Under the pieces are notes generated by a model. The model made no database searches and was not told the DNA's origin. It worked only from the letters and a program-made list of their open reading frames with translations. Of a stretch of 64,000 nucleotides of DNA, positions 19,145-31,050 are shown one piece after another (position 1 is the first letter of the stretch; every line of letters begins with the position of its first letter). Origin of the DNA: Candidatus Bathyarchaeota archaeon (lineage in GTDB: Archaea; Thermoproteota; Bathyarchaeia; Bathyarchaeales; Bathycorpusculaceae); the NCBI GenBank assembly GCA_963811105.1, contig CAWEPZ010000009.1:352001-416000 (forward strand). The letters are read 5' to 3'. Position numbers and translations under genes: made by a program.

Positions 19145-21282
19145 GGACCCAAAATTTCTTTCTCATATCTCGGCTTAACCAATAGAACATCCTCCACGTA
19201 AGCCCGCAAAGGCTCCCCTACACTCCATGCTTGCGAGATGCATCCTCTTGGTTCGTTAGGAGGACCACAATCGTATATCTCACTGATCGTTCCCAATCCA
19301 CCCTGATGGATCCCACCAGTAAATAAGGGTAAAACAAGATTTTCAAAAGCATTTTTGCGTGATTTAGCATCTTGGCCACTTAATTTCAAGTAAGCCGATA
19401 TGTAAGGACCAAGAAGCCAAGGCCAAATCGTCCCGTTATGATAAGCTGTATCTCTGCTTCGCCTGTTGCCGAAGCATTTGCCGACAAACTTGGGGTCATC
19501 TAGTGCCAATGTCCGCAACCCATAAGGCGTCACAAGTTGCTGATTGACTACATCAACAACTTTTGCGCTTTTGGCTTGGTCGAGAATTTTGAAATCCAAC
19601 GAAACAGCAAATATTTGGTTAGGCCGTAGCGAATCATCAACACTGCTAACATCAATTACATCATATAGGCAGCCTCTCTTCCAATTCCAGTATTTCTCGT
19701 TAAAGCTTTTTCTTGCTTTTTCTGCCATAACATCGTATTTCTCTGCTGAAGCGGGCTCGCCAAACTTGTTAGCCAAAAACTCCATCGTTCGCAAGGCATT
19801 GTACCATAAAGCTTGAATTTCTACAGCCTTTCCAGCCCTCGGCGTAATTCCATTACCTTCAACCGCGGCATCCATCCATGTAAGCCGTGAACCATGCATA
19901 ATCAAGCCATCATCATCCAAACGGATACCAAACAAAGTGCCTCTTTGATGATACTCAACAATCTCCTGCAAACTATCCCACAACTTGTCTCTAACAAACG
20001 AAAGATCGCCAGTGTACTTGAGGTATTGCAGAACAGCGTTGACGTACCAGAACGTTCCATCTACCGTGTTGTAAACGGGTTCACCTGTTTTGTCCGCAAT
20101 AAAGTTGGGAATTAAGCCCGCATGGCAATATTGAATGAAGTTTTGCAGTATCTCTTTTGCTTCGTTGAATCTTCCAGTCACCAGCATAAGTCCTGGAAGG
20201 GAGATGAATGTGTCTCTGCCCCATGGTTCAAACCAATGGTATCCAGCGATGATTGATTTTTCGCCTTCTGTATTTTCTACGATGAATGAATCTGCAGCTA
20301 AAAGAATCCAGTTTAGCCAATCGCTCATTGGAACTTCGGGATGAAGGTGGTAGAAATTAGCGAGCAAATCGCTTTTCTGGTTTAGCTCTTGCTTAAGAGT
20401 TCCTGTGACCTCGTTAGTGGTGCTTCCGATTGAATCTAAAATCGCCTTTGCTGACTCCGCCTCATGGCTGACAGCAGCACTTATAGAAAATTGACTCTCT
20501 AATCCATTGGGAATTTGAACCTCAAAATGTCCAGGCTGGAAACAATCGTCAATGCTGGCTTCGCCTCTTTCCTCTTCATCACGATATCTTAACTGTTCAA
20601 CCCAATTCACTTTCTCATAATACAATCCGTCAGTTATGCGGGAAACAATTGTAGTTTGTGGACGTTGAAAGGTTACTTCAAACTCTTTTACATCACTTTT
20701 TTGGGTAAATTCCAGGGAGATTCTTTTGTAATTAAGAACCTTGTGATAGTAGCGGCATGTCAAAAGTGGATAGACTCTAACTGTAGCATCAGAACCAGAA
20801 CGGTTTGCAATGTTGTAGATTGCCGAAACACCGTTCTTGTTTCTGGACATAAAAATGGTTTTGTCAACTGTAATGTTACTAAAATCGTAGGTGTATTTGG
20901 GATAGGGTGAGATTGAAAATTGCTTTACCAATCTATAGCCTTGAGGATAGATTGTGTCTTGATAATCGTTAGCGCCTAACCTGTAGATTTCATTGCCTAA
21001 AATTACGTCTTCATCAAGCTTTGACAAGCAAACTGTACGTTCACCAGGGGGATGCAGCGCGGCAATAAGAAAACCATGATATTTCCTTGTATTAATTCCT
21101 AAAACTGTGCTTGAAGCATAACCGCCCAGGCCGTTAGTTAAAAGCCACTCTGTCTTTATAAGCTCATCAAAATTTGAAAACGCCTCTTTGGCGAAAGTTA
21201 TGGCGGGCAACCGTATCAAGGCATCAACTTCGCAATGTTCTTGTCGCGAGGCGACTGAAAATAGTTGGCAACTGGAATACAT
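19141..21282 (-). CDS. Amylo-alpha-1,6-glucosidase (glycogen debranching enzyme)
   Basis: EWLLTNGLGGY, AGYHWF..WGRDTFISLPG, TWMDA, RPNQ, YHNGTIWPW and QAWSV motifs. The real start is probably near 21219. Confidence 0.92.
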   Translation of the reverse strand: MYSSCQLFSVASRQEHCEVDALIRLPAITFAKEAFSNFDELIKTEWLLTNGLGGYASSTVLGINTRKYHGFLIAALHPPGERTVCLSKLDEDVILGNEIYRLGANDYQDTIYPQGYRLVKQFSISPYPKYTYDFSNITVDKTIFMSRNKNGVSAIYNIANRSGSDATVRVYPLLTCRYYHKVLNYKRISLEFTQKSDVKEFEVTFQRPQTTIVSRITDGLYYEKVNWVEQLRYRDEEERGEASIDDCFQPGHFEVQIPNGLESQFSISAAVSHEAESAKAILDSIGSTTNEVTGTLKQELNQKSDLLANFYHLHPEVPMSDWLNWILLAADSFIVENTEGEKSIIAGYHWFEPWGRDTFISLPGLMLVTGRFNEAKEILQNFIQYCHAGLIPNFIADKTGEPVYNTVDGTFWYVNAVLQYLKYTGDLSFVRDKLWDSLQEIVEYHQRGTLFGIRLDDDGLIMHGSRLTWMDAAVEGNGITPRAGKAVEIQALWYNALRTMEFLANKFGEPASAEKYDVMAEKARKSFNEKYWNWKRGCLYDVIDVSSVDDSLRPNQIFAVSLDFKILDQAKSAKVVDVVNQQLVTPYGLRTLALDDPKFVGKCFGNRRSRDTAYHNGTIWPWLLGPYISAYLKLSGQDAKSRKNAFENLVLPLFTGGIHQGGLGTISEIYDCGPPNEPRGCISQAWSVGEPLRAYVEDVLLVKPRYEKEILGP

Positions 21283-22097
21283 TTTGTTCTGAACAGAAGC
21301 AAATGAGGCTTAGTCAGCTTGTATTCAGTGAGGGTTTCCGCATAACCCATCCCTTTGGCGAAAACCAGCTTCGCAGCATCATAAACTTTCAAGAATTCCG
21401 CCGAAACCTCTTTTTTCTGTAAGCCAACTGCATCTGTTCCAGTGGTTAATATTTCGTCAGCTATCTTATCTATTCCTGAAACTGCCACATCAGTCAAAGT
21501 AGCGTCGTTAATTACAGGTCCACCTTTGACAACGTATGTTACTTTCAAGCCCATGTTCTTCAACTGCTCCACCAGCAAAGTATCAAAAACGATTTCTCCA
21601 GCATTATCAGCTAGGAATAGGACACTGTTTACTTTTTTTGCCAAAGCGTAGGCCTTGTCAATGTCATCTATAACTAAGTCTTTGGAAGCTTCTCTAAAAC
21701 AACCCGACAAATTATTTAATGTAAAGTTGTGTCCTGGAATATCAAACTCCATAATGTTGCCAACGATAGCGCAGAGACAAGCTTTTTTGAACCGTTCCTG
21801 CTGCGTGTAACCTGCTTCTACAAGTTTTTTTGCAAGAGGCAACATTTTCAACGCTTTCTCATTAGCTAACCTTTTACTTCTCTCGTAGGGATCATTGTTA
21901 TTTGTCAACTGCTTAATTATGCGGTCTCTTTTAGTGCCTAAATCTGCTGCTACAGAAGTCTGTTTGAATTCCCGATTTAGTAGTTTTGTAACTTCAGCTA
22001 TGCATCTGAAACGTAAGGCAGGATTTGTTGTCGCCTGGTAGGTTGCCACCGTTCCTCTAGCAAGTAGACATGATTCGCATTCTGGCTCAACTTTCAA
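21216..22097 (-). CDS. ARMT1-like / DUF89 damage-control phosphatase
   Basis: CxxC N-terminus, DPY, GN, LADNAGEIVFD, INDAT, KGMG and KC motifs. Confidence 0.88.
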   Translation of the reverse strand: MKVEPECESCLLARGTVATYQATTNPALRFRCIAEVTKLLNREFKQTSVAADLGTKRDRIIKQLTNNNDPYERSKRLANEKALKMLPLAKKLVEAGYTQQERFKKACLCAIVGNIMEFDIPGHNFTLNNLSGCFREASKDLVIDDIDKAYALAKKVNSVLFLADNAGEIVFDTLLVEQLKNMGLKVTYVVKGGPVINDATLTDVAVSGIDKIADEILTTGTDAVGLQKKEVSAEFLKVYDAAKLVFAKGMGYAETLTEYKLTKPHLLLFRTKCIPVANYFQSPRDKNIAKLMP

Positions 22098-22115
22098 AGA
22101 TAATCACACGACTTA

Positions 22116-22817
<702 letters not shown>

Positions 22818-22904
22818 TTAACGCATTTTATTAATATCATTTGCCTTTTCAAGAAAAGGTTATTGTTCATAAAAGGCTAAAAAAATAGTCTAATGGACAG
22901 ATGT

Positions 22905-24572
22905 TTATGCTTTCACTGTTGCTTTTTTAGCCATTTCTTCGGTTAGCATACCGACTAGTTGCCCGTTCTTAACTAAAGCTGCTCGCGTCATTCCTTTTTC
23001 TTTCATTAGTGACATAGCTGTCATCATTGATTCGTCAGCTTGAAGAATTAAAAGCGGTGTAAAGTTAAGGTCCTTTGCAAGTGTTTTCTTGAGGTCTCTT
23101 TGCTTCTCAGCTATCTCATTTAGAAGCTCTCGGTCATTGATTACTCCTATAGGCTTATGATTTTCAGTTATGAGAAGTGAAGTAACGCTATTTTGCATTA
23201 GTTTCTCCACAAGCTTAGCTACAGTATCAGTTGTTGAAACCTCAACTGCAGGAAGCTTGGTGCCGGCTCGGTTGCTGATTTCTGAAATGTCTATACCTCT
23301 CTTCCAAATATCATCAAGCATCTCACTTACTCTTTCGATTTGGCTAGGGTCTGTGGAATAGAATGTGTCAACTAAATAAAAGGCAGATTCACTTCCAAAA
23401 TCACTTAATGGAGGCATTTTAAACATGAACAGGTGCTTATTGTCCACAAGCATCATTGTTAGATAACTGATTGGGACATGTTTAACTTCGTAACGTGACA
23501 AAAGTCTTTGAGCTGGTTCAAGGTTGTCCAAATCGATTGATGCCATTACTCTAATTCTTAAGCCTTTTTTGAAGTACTTCAATAGCGGATCATCTTCCGC
23601 AAGACGGTTTATACTTTGGGATGTAGTGATTAACACTATGTCTTTTTTGGCACCTTCAAGAACCTTAGTTACTTTAGTCCACGCTTCCTCAACGCCTTTA
23701 ATAACAATTGTTTCGCCGATGGGTATTCCACTCTTCAACTCATCTATTCGCCTGGAAGCGTCAACGCCAGTTTGCCACATTTGCTCAAAAAAGGCTTTGA
23801 GAACAGAAATAAACATTTTATCGTTAATCCATAAGCCTTCATCTTCTAAATTCAAAACGGAAGCTTCGTTGCCAAAAGGTGCATACAAGATAGCCTCTTC
23901 TTCATCCTTAATTAGAAAGCGAGGGAAAAACTTTGAACTCATAGTGACATGACGAAGTCTAAAGTTCATTTTCCCTTCTGAAACGCTCTCATCTATTCTT
24001 TCAACAACTTTCAGGTTTTCAGGAGAAATGTCGGTTATAACTTGAAATTGGATAGCCCTATTTTCAGAAGCTGTGGCCGCTGAATCAAAAATTCCCGCAA
24101 TATCTTCTTGAACAAAACCCAAAGAAGTTGTTAAAACAATCACTTCCTTTTTCGATTCATCAATCATATTTAACATTTTTGAGTGAATCTTTTTCTTACC
24201 TGTAATAATTGAGAATTTGGCTACTGGATATTCTGATTCCGGAGCGCTTATAGATTGCCAAGCTGTTAAAAGGTCTTGTTTCTGATCGGTTAAGTTTTTA
24301 ACCTCATTCTCTTTTGTATTAATGAAGGAGCCCACTAAGGCTTCAAAAGGAACAATAGTAAAACGTGTGGGCCTTTCGAGGGTTGCTTCAATAAAGCCTT
24401 TTTCTTGAAGTTTCTTGAAAGTCCGATAAGCTTGAACTCGCTCCATCTTAAGCCGTTTAGCCACGAAGCTAGTAGATTGAACACCACTTTTGGCAAGAAA
24501 CATGTAAACTTGAATTTCCCGTTTTGAGAGACCAAGAATTTGTAAGAACTTGGTGACATCTTTCTCGCTCAT
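22905..24572 (-). CDS. TrmB-family transcriptional regulator with two effector domains and a C-terminal CBS pair
   Basis: N-terminal TrmB HTH (LGLSKREIQVY...Y..FKKLQEKGFI); two similar PLD-like segments each ending F/L..MW/IW..G; CBS motifs (PIGVINDRE, LVGMLTE). Confidence 0.85.
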   Translation of the reverse strand: MSEKDVTKFLQILGLSKREIQVYMFLAKSGVQSTSFVAKRLKMERVQAYRTFKKLQEKGFIEATLERPTRFTIVPFEALVGSFINTKENEVKNLTDQKQDLLTAWQSISAPESEYPVAKFSIITGKKKIHSKMLNMIDESKKEVIVLTTSLGFVQEDIAGIFDSAATASENRAIQFQVITDISPENLKVVERIDESVSEGKMNFRLRHVTMSSKFFPRFLIKDEEEAILYAPFGNEASVLNLEDEGLWINDKMFISVLKAFFEQMWQTGVDASRRIDELKSGIPIGETIVIKGVEEAWTKVTKVLEGAKKDIVLITTSQSINRLAEDDPLLKYFKKGLRIRVMASIDLDNLEPAQRLLSRYEVKHVPISYLTMMLVDNKHLFMFKMPPLSDFGSESAFYLVDTFYSTDPSQIERVSEMLDDIWKRGIDISEISNRAGTKLPAVEVSTTDTVAKLVEKLMQNSVTSLLITENHKPIGVINDRELLNEIAEKQRDLKKTLAKDLNFTPLLILQADESMMTAMSLMKEKGMTRAALVKNGQLVGMLTEEMAKKATVKA

Positions 24573-24672
24573 CAGGCAACCGCTCAGTAAAACCCACTGA
24601 TTTATTAATCTTAATCGTTTTCGGCATTTATATGCCTATTTGTATCATTTTGTAACAACATCAGACAACAAC

Positions 24673-25335
24673 TTAAACAAGCTTCATTTGCAGTGTACCA
24701 TGCTCGCTTTTTGCTCTTTTGGCAGGCTTCCAAGATTTCCTGACAAAACTTGGATAGTCGCCATTCTTTTCCAGCAACTTCTTAAGAAAAATCATGGTTT
24801 TGCTATCAGTTAAGTATCCACTGCCAAAGTCACCGTACTCCGATCTTAAACTATCAATTTCCCTGTCACGTTCCACCTTAGCAATGATTGATGCAGCCGA
24901 AACAATTGGGTAGATCCTGTCAGCTTTGTGCCGAGAGACTATTCTGGTCTTGGTTTTAAGGCACTCTCTAATATGGTTTCCAAATCGTTGCTCAACTGTA
25001 TCAGCGGCATCAACGTAGACTTCATTAGGCTTCAAGTCTTCAATCACCTGTGCCATGGTCTGCGCCTCAAGCCTATTTAGCTTGTGCAATCTTCTGGAAC
25101 TTTCAACTACTTTATCAATTTGAGAAGGAAGAACCTTAACAGTTTGATATTTTTGGCTTAAACTTATGATTTCAGGGTACAGAGCTTCTCGCTTCTTGGG
25201 GGAAAGAAGCTTTGAATCTTTTACGCCTAACTCAATTAAAGAAGGCAAATTTTCAGCAGTTACCATGACGCCAGCGACTAATAGTGGACCGATAACACAA
25301 CCCCGTCCAGCTTCGTCAACACCGGCAATCAACAA
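24673..25335 (-). CDS. rnhB: Ribonuclease HII
   Basis: GVDEAGRG, DSK, VSAASIIAKV.RD, GSGY and RKSW motifs. Confidence 0.96.
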   Translation of the reverse strand: MLIAGVDEAGRGCVIGPLLVAGVMVTAENLPSLIELGVKDSKLLSPKKREALYPEIISLSQKYQTVKVLPSQIDKVVESSRRLHKLNRLEAQTMAQVIEDLKPNEVYVDAADTVEQRFGNHIRECLKTKTRIVSRHKADRIYPIVSAASIIAKVERDREIDSLRSEYGDFGSGYLTDSKTMIFLKKLLEKNGDYPSFVRKSWKPAKRAKSEHGTLQMKLV

Positions 25336-25494
25336 TTTTTCTGCACTCCTGATATTAATGGAATGGTTAAGGTTCTAAGCTATAACACTTCTTGTGAAGA
25401 AACAAATTCTATGTTAGAAATCAGAAGAGGAAGATTCTTGTTAAGCTTCAAAGTGCAAAAAAATAACAGCGTTTTCGCAACCAAGCAATATTAT

Positions 25495-26193
25495 TCAAAG
25501 GTGTTGCGCTACAATCATAGCGTGTGCCTTATCATATGGCTCCAAATGCACAATTTCTTTCACATCAAAGCCTCTTTTACGCAATATGCCTGCTTCCTGT
25601 CGATAGACTGCATCTGGATCCATTGTTACATCGATGCTTTGCGATTTCACAGCTATCATAACCCAGCCTTCAGGTTTAAGAAAAACATCTGCATTGTCAG
25701 CTAACAATTTTGCTTGTTCAGGCTGAGCAACATCGCAGTAAATTGTATCTACTTTACCTGAAATGAACATGGCATATCTCTCGGGCATTCGAGCGTCTTC
25801 CAAAAGAGGAGAAATGTTTGGGCGGTATGTGGCAACGTTGTTGACTAAATCTCTGATTGATCGCTGAGCGAATTCAACACAGTAAACATGGCCAGTTTCA
25901 CCAACAATGTCGGAAACATGGCTAGGTGTAGTTCCAGAAGCTGCGCCTAAATAAAGCACTTTGCTAGCTGATTCTATGGGTACAGTTTGAACCCCTTTTA
26001 GAATGACGGCTGCAAGTTTGCTTCTGAACGCATCCCAAATTCGGTACTCTATGCCTTTGAACTTGACAAGACGCTCACCGTAAACGTTTAAGCCAGGCGT
26101 CAAGTTACGGGTAGCTAACCGTTGTGTTCCGTCTTCAAGGGTTGCTTGGTATATTTCTTTGAATTTTAGGTGCGGTTTAACCTTAACGGTCAA
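25495..26193 (-). CDS. flpA: Fibrillarin-like rRNA/tRNA 2'-O-methyltransferase
   Basis: VYGE, RSKLAA, LYLGAASGTT.SH and DVAQPEQ motifs. Confidence 0.96.
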   Translation of the reverse strand: MTVKVKPHLKFKEIYQATLEDGTQRLATRNLTPGLNVYGERLVKFKGIEYRIWDAFRSKLAAVILKGVQTVPIESASKVLYLGAASGTTPSHVSDIVGETGHVYCVEFAQRSIRDLVNNVATYRPNISPLLEDARMPERYAMFISGKVDTIYCDVAQPEQAKLLADNADVFLKPEGWVMIAVKSQSIDVTMDPDAVYRQEAGILRKRGFDVKEIVHLEPYDKAHAMIVAQHL

Positions 26194-27488
26194 CGCCTTT
26201 CTCTTCTCCGATTCCTATCCCTGCGCGGTCCGCCGCGGTCTCTGAAAGGGCGTCCACCGCCTTCATGAGGCCTAAACGATCGCTCTCCGCCATCTTTACG
26301 TTCAAATGTTGGTCTTGGTTTAGATTCTTTTGGTGGAGGCGGCTCCTTGTACTTCTCTCGAATTTCGTCTAAACGTTTGTTAATTGCCTCTTTTAATTGC
26401 TCCCCAATATAGTGGCCTCCGAAAGCATCAGCTCTGGCAGCGATGGCTAGTTTTCCAGCGATCACTCTTGCGATTTTTCCTCTCTGCCATCTCTTAGCAT
26501 CATGCAGGAGTGTGTGTTGGAATATTAAGCCGTGTTTTGGCGGTCTTGCACCTGTTTTCAATGAACGGAACAGGGCTTTTTCTGCGCCTAAAACCTGTAT
26601 GGTGCTTGCTGGCCTCATAGCCAGGTTCTGCAAGCTTCCTGCAATAGCGATTAGGCGTGCTCCAAGCAGTGCTCCTGCAACCGTACGCACATTGGGGGCC
26701 ATTTCCTCCATGGTTCGGTCAACGTAATTCTCCATGTTCTTGCGCAGTTCATAAAAATCAAGTACGTTTTTGGCTAAAGACTGTATTTGTTCTAAGTCTC
26801 GTTCTGCGATGTCAGCACCCATAGATGATTCTGCTGCTTTCGCAACATGTTGGGCTCTTTCTTTAGGAATATTTTCTTTCTCTAAGCCTTCCATAGTATA
26901 GTTTTCTCTGTATCCTAAGTTCATTACAAGCCTAGAGTAGGTTTCATGTTTTTCGATTAAGCGGTCAAGCTCAGGGAAGTACACGCCATACCATTCTCTT
27001 AGTCTGCCCATGAACAAGTTGACTGTACGATCTAGATCATCCAGGGTCTGAATACCCTGTGCAATAATTAGATCTCTTTTTTCTGAGGCGCCTTTGATTC
27101 GCAGTTTGGCAAGTTCCATACTGACATTACGATTCCACAGGCTAAGCTCCTGCTCATCATTAACGAATCCTGATTCAAAAGCAACCTCATTCATGCGGGA
27201 GCGAAGAACTTCGGCATCGGCAGGTTTCGCTACTTCCACATTCACGTCCATTTTCCTTTGAATTTCTTCTGCCAAGTTGGCATTTTCAAAAAGGAAAGCG
27301 TCATAGCCCACATTTTTTAAGAGCGAAATTAATGAGAAAATATCATCGGACATCTTTCCGGCTTCAGCCTTAAGCAAGCTTCTTGCTGCTGCCTGAGGTT
27401 TTTTCGGAAACAATACCTTCTCAACTGACCTGTTTTTGTCGTCGAAGGCTACCACGCCGAAAGGGAACTGAATTATGAATGCTTTCAT
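26190..27488 (-). CDS. nop5: C/D box RNP protein Nop5/Nop56
   Basis: REWYG.YFPEL, PASTIQVLGAEKALF, PPKHG and RGKIAR..AGK motifs; adjacent to fibrillarin. Confidence 0.95.
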   Translation of the reverse strand: MKAFIIQFPFGVVAFDDKNRSVEKVLFPKKPQAAARSLLKAEAGKMSDDIFSLISLLKNVGYDAFLFENANLAEEIQRKMDVNVEVAKPADAEVLRSRMNEVAFESGFVNDEQELSLWNRNVSMELAKLRIKGASEKRDLIIAQGIQTLDDLDRTVNLFMGRLREWYGVYFPELDRLIEKHETYSRLVMNLGYRENYTMEGLEKENIPKERAQHVAKAAESSMGADIAERDLEQIQSLAKNVLDFYELRKNMENYVDRTMEEMAPNVRTVAGALLGARLIAIAGSLQNLAMRPASTIQVLGAEKALFRSLKTGARPPKHGLIFQHTLLHDAKRWQRGKIARVIAGKLAIAARADAFGGHYIGEQLKEAINKRLDEIREKYKEPPPPKESKPRPTFERKDGGERSFRPHEGGGRPFRDRGGPRRDRNRRRERR

Positions 27489-27725
27489 TTTTAGAGCCCC
27501 AATAAACTAACTATTGTCAACCTTTTAACTTAATAAACAGTTTTGTTGCCCTACGCATTAAAAACCGTATTTTCACATTAAGAAATTGAATGTAAGAGTA
27601 TTCAAGGCGCAATTTGATTGCTAATCTTGCACAAAGGTTGACTTGACTTTGACATACGTAAGTTTAAAGTCTGCCGTTAAATTATAGGTAGAGCATCGAT
27701 TTGGGAGCACAGGGGAATAGGGTTT

Positions 27726-29942
27726 ATGGTAAATCAACCACCGCATCGCGCACGCGGCGTAAAAGTACTCAAAGCCGTCTCATCACCACTTAGGTTGCAA
27801 ATCCTTAACCTGCTATTTGACAAAAGCGCTCTCTCTTACACTGAATTAATGAACCAACTCAAAATGAATCCAAGTCGAGATGCAGGTAGATTTGCGTACC
27901 ACCTCAAATTTCTATTGAAGGCAGATTTAATTGAGGCAGACGTTGAAGCAAAAAAATATTATTTAACTGACCTTGGCAAAATGGTTCTTGATGTCGCCGA
28001 CCGCGTGGAGAAGAAAGCGGTTAAACCAAGAGGAATGCTTGTTCGTACATCTCATCTGACACTGGAAGAGTTTGATGCAAACAAAATAGCAAATTCACTG
28101 ATAAAAGAAGCAAAGGTGCCAGTTGAGTTAGCTCAGAAAGCAGCGAAAGAAGCAGAAAAACGTTTAGTTAAATCAAAAACAAAGTATCTTACGGCTTCGT
28201 TAATCAGGGAAGTTGTGAATGGCATTTTGGTTGAAAAGGGCTATGAAGATTACCGTCATAAACTCACACGCGTCGGAATGCCCATTCATGAGGTAACTGC
28301 TTCAATAGAATCAAAAGACACACCTGTTGATTCATCAGCTTTAATTACAAAAGCAGGTCAATCCGTCCTTGGCGAGTACACGTTGCTTAATATTTTCCCA
28401 AGAGACATAGCCGACGCGCACCTCTCAGGCGCCATCCACATTAATGATTTAGGCACATGGATACTAAAACCCAACGAAGTTAGCCACGACCTCCGATTCT
28501 TTTTCAGAAATGGACTCAAACTTGACAATCCCTTCCAAACTTCAATGGATCCACCTGACAACCTTGAATCAGCCTTAGCGATCGCCCTTAACATTATTCT
28601 GCACACCAACAAAGAAACAAACAAAATGCAAACATGTAGCTACTTCAATGTTTTTCTATCTCCATTTGCAAAAGACGTTGACACCTCAAAAATAAAAGAG
28701 AATATGCGTTTGTTCATTTTAAACCTGAACCAACAAGCTGAAGCTACATTAGGACTTGAGCTCACAATTCCGAAATTAATGGCGGAGCAAGAAGCAACCG
28801 GTCCAAAAGGAAAAATTAGCGGTAAATACAGTGACTTTTCCCAAGAGATCCAACTCTTAGCATCTGTCATTCTTGAAGTTTACGCGGAAGAGAATGCCAA
28901 AAAGCCATTGCTTGGCCCGAAATTAGTTATAAGAATTAACAAGGATTCGTTTACAGATGAAAAAGCTAAAATTGCTCTCCTAAAAGCACATGGCTTGGCT
29001 GCGGAAAAAGGAATAATACACTTCGCAAACACCGCAAACAAAGATACAGAAAACGCGGTTTTTTCTGCTTCGGGAGTTAAGCTTGCTCCTGACGTAATTG
29101 GGGACTGGGAAACCGACACCCTACGCACTGGCTGTCTTGGTTGTGTAACTATTAATCTGCCGAGAATCACTCAGGAAAGTGAGAAAGACAAGAACAAATT
29201 TTTTGATCTAGTGAGAGAACGCTTTGAATTATCGGCAAGGGCTTTAGGAATAAAAAGCAACGCGTTAAAACAATTCGGGAAAAACTCCTTGCCCTTTCTA
29301 CTAAAAAACGGTAATGGAGACGTATATTTCAGGCTAGAAAATAGTTCACGCATAATTAATTTAGCTGGGTTTCGAGAAGCTATTGAGGCTTTCACAGAAA
29401 AAAGCATAGATTCTGAGGAAAGCCGCAAGTTTGCCGAAGAAATCGTCCAAAATATTTTGGCATTCAAACAAAAAATTGGCAGAAAACATGGAAAACGACT
29501 CTACGCTGTTATGCTAAGTAACCCGGATGCTTCTGAGCGCCTTGCTCAGTTGGATATTGATAGGTTTGGCATAGCAAAAGTGAAGTATTCTGGAACAAGA
29601 GAAAAACCTTACTATTCAACCGCTAAAAGATTCCAAGTTAAGGCTGGCGAACCCCTCAGCATACCCCCTGAAATAGTGGAGACTGCACAGAAAATGAAGG
29701 GTTTAAACGCGGGCGGCAGTTTCTGTATCCTTGATTTGGGAGATACCCAATTTAAGCCTGAACCTCTGATGGAGTTAACCCGACACCTAATTGAGAACCC
29801 AATCTTCGAATTCTTCACTTACAACCGCATAATCAGTTTCTGCGATAACTGCAAAAACAGCTGGTTTGGAACGCTTCATAAATGCCCATCTTGTGGGTCC
29901 ATGAGCAAACTCGCAACGTTTGATCGCTTTGCATCCAACTAA
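27726..29942 (+). CDS. ArsR-HTH + ATP-cone + class III ribonucleotide reductase (NrdD)-like fusion, catalytic motifs missing
   Basis: HTH (SSPLRLQIL..SYTELM...FAYHLKFL), ATP cone (VRTS...EEFDANKIANSL...LIREVVN), NrdD segments (DAHLSGAIHINDL, GDWETDTLRTG, TINLPRI, ERLAQLD) and C-terminal CxxC-CxxC. No MGCR and no RxxGY. Confidence 0.85.
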   Translation: MVNQPPHRARGVKVLKAVSSPLRLQILNLLFDKSALSYTELMNQLKMNPSRDAGRFAYHLKFLLKADLIEADVEAKKYYLTDLGKMVLDVADRVEKKAVKPRGMLVRTSHLTLEEFDANKIANSLIKEAKVPVELAQKAAKEAEKRLVKSKTKYLTASLIREVVNGILVEKGYEDYRHKLTRVGMPIHEVTASIESKDTPVDSSALITKAGQSVLGEYTLLNIFPRDIADAHLSGAIHINDLGTWILKPNEVSHDLRFFFRNGLKLDNPFQTSMDPPDNLESALAIALNIILHTNKETNKMQTCSYFNVFLSPFAKDVDTSKIKENMRLFILNLNQQAEATLGLELTIPKLMAEQEATGPKGKISGKYSDFSQEIQLLASVILEVYAEENAKKPLLGPKLVIRINKDSFTDEKAKIALLKAHGLAAEKGIIHFANTANKDTENAVFSASGVKLAPDVIGDWETDTLRTGCLGCVTINLPRITQESEKDKNKFFDLVRERFELSARALGIKSNALKQFGKNSLPFLLKNGNGDVYFRLENSSRIINLAGFREAIEAFTEKSIDSEESRKFAEEIVQNILAFKQKIGRKHGKRLYAVMLSNPDASERLAQLDIDRFGIAKVKYSGTREKPYYSTAKRFQVKAGEPLSIPPEIVETAQKMKGLNAGGSFCILDLGDTQFKPEPLMELTRHLIENPIFEFFTYNRIISFCDNCKNSWFGTLHKCPSCGSMSKLATFDRFASN

Positions 29943-29946
29943 AAGC

Positions 29947-30972
<1,026 letters not shown>

Positions 30973-31050
30973 TCAGGCGACTGCAGCACACTTTTAATAG
31001 CGAGAATTTCGCAATAATATTTCAAGTCCGAAATTTCAAAAGGTGTTTTT

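Noticed and set aside
27726-29942. Calling this gene a functional nrdD
   Set aside because: No glycyl-radical loop and no MGCR cysteine.
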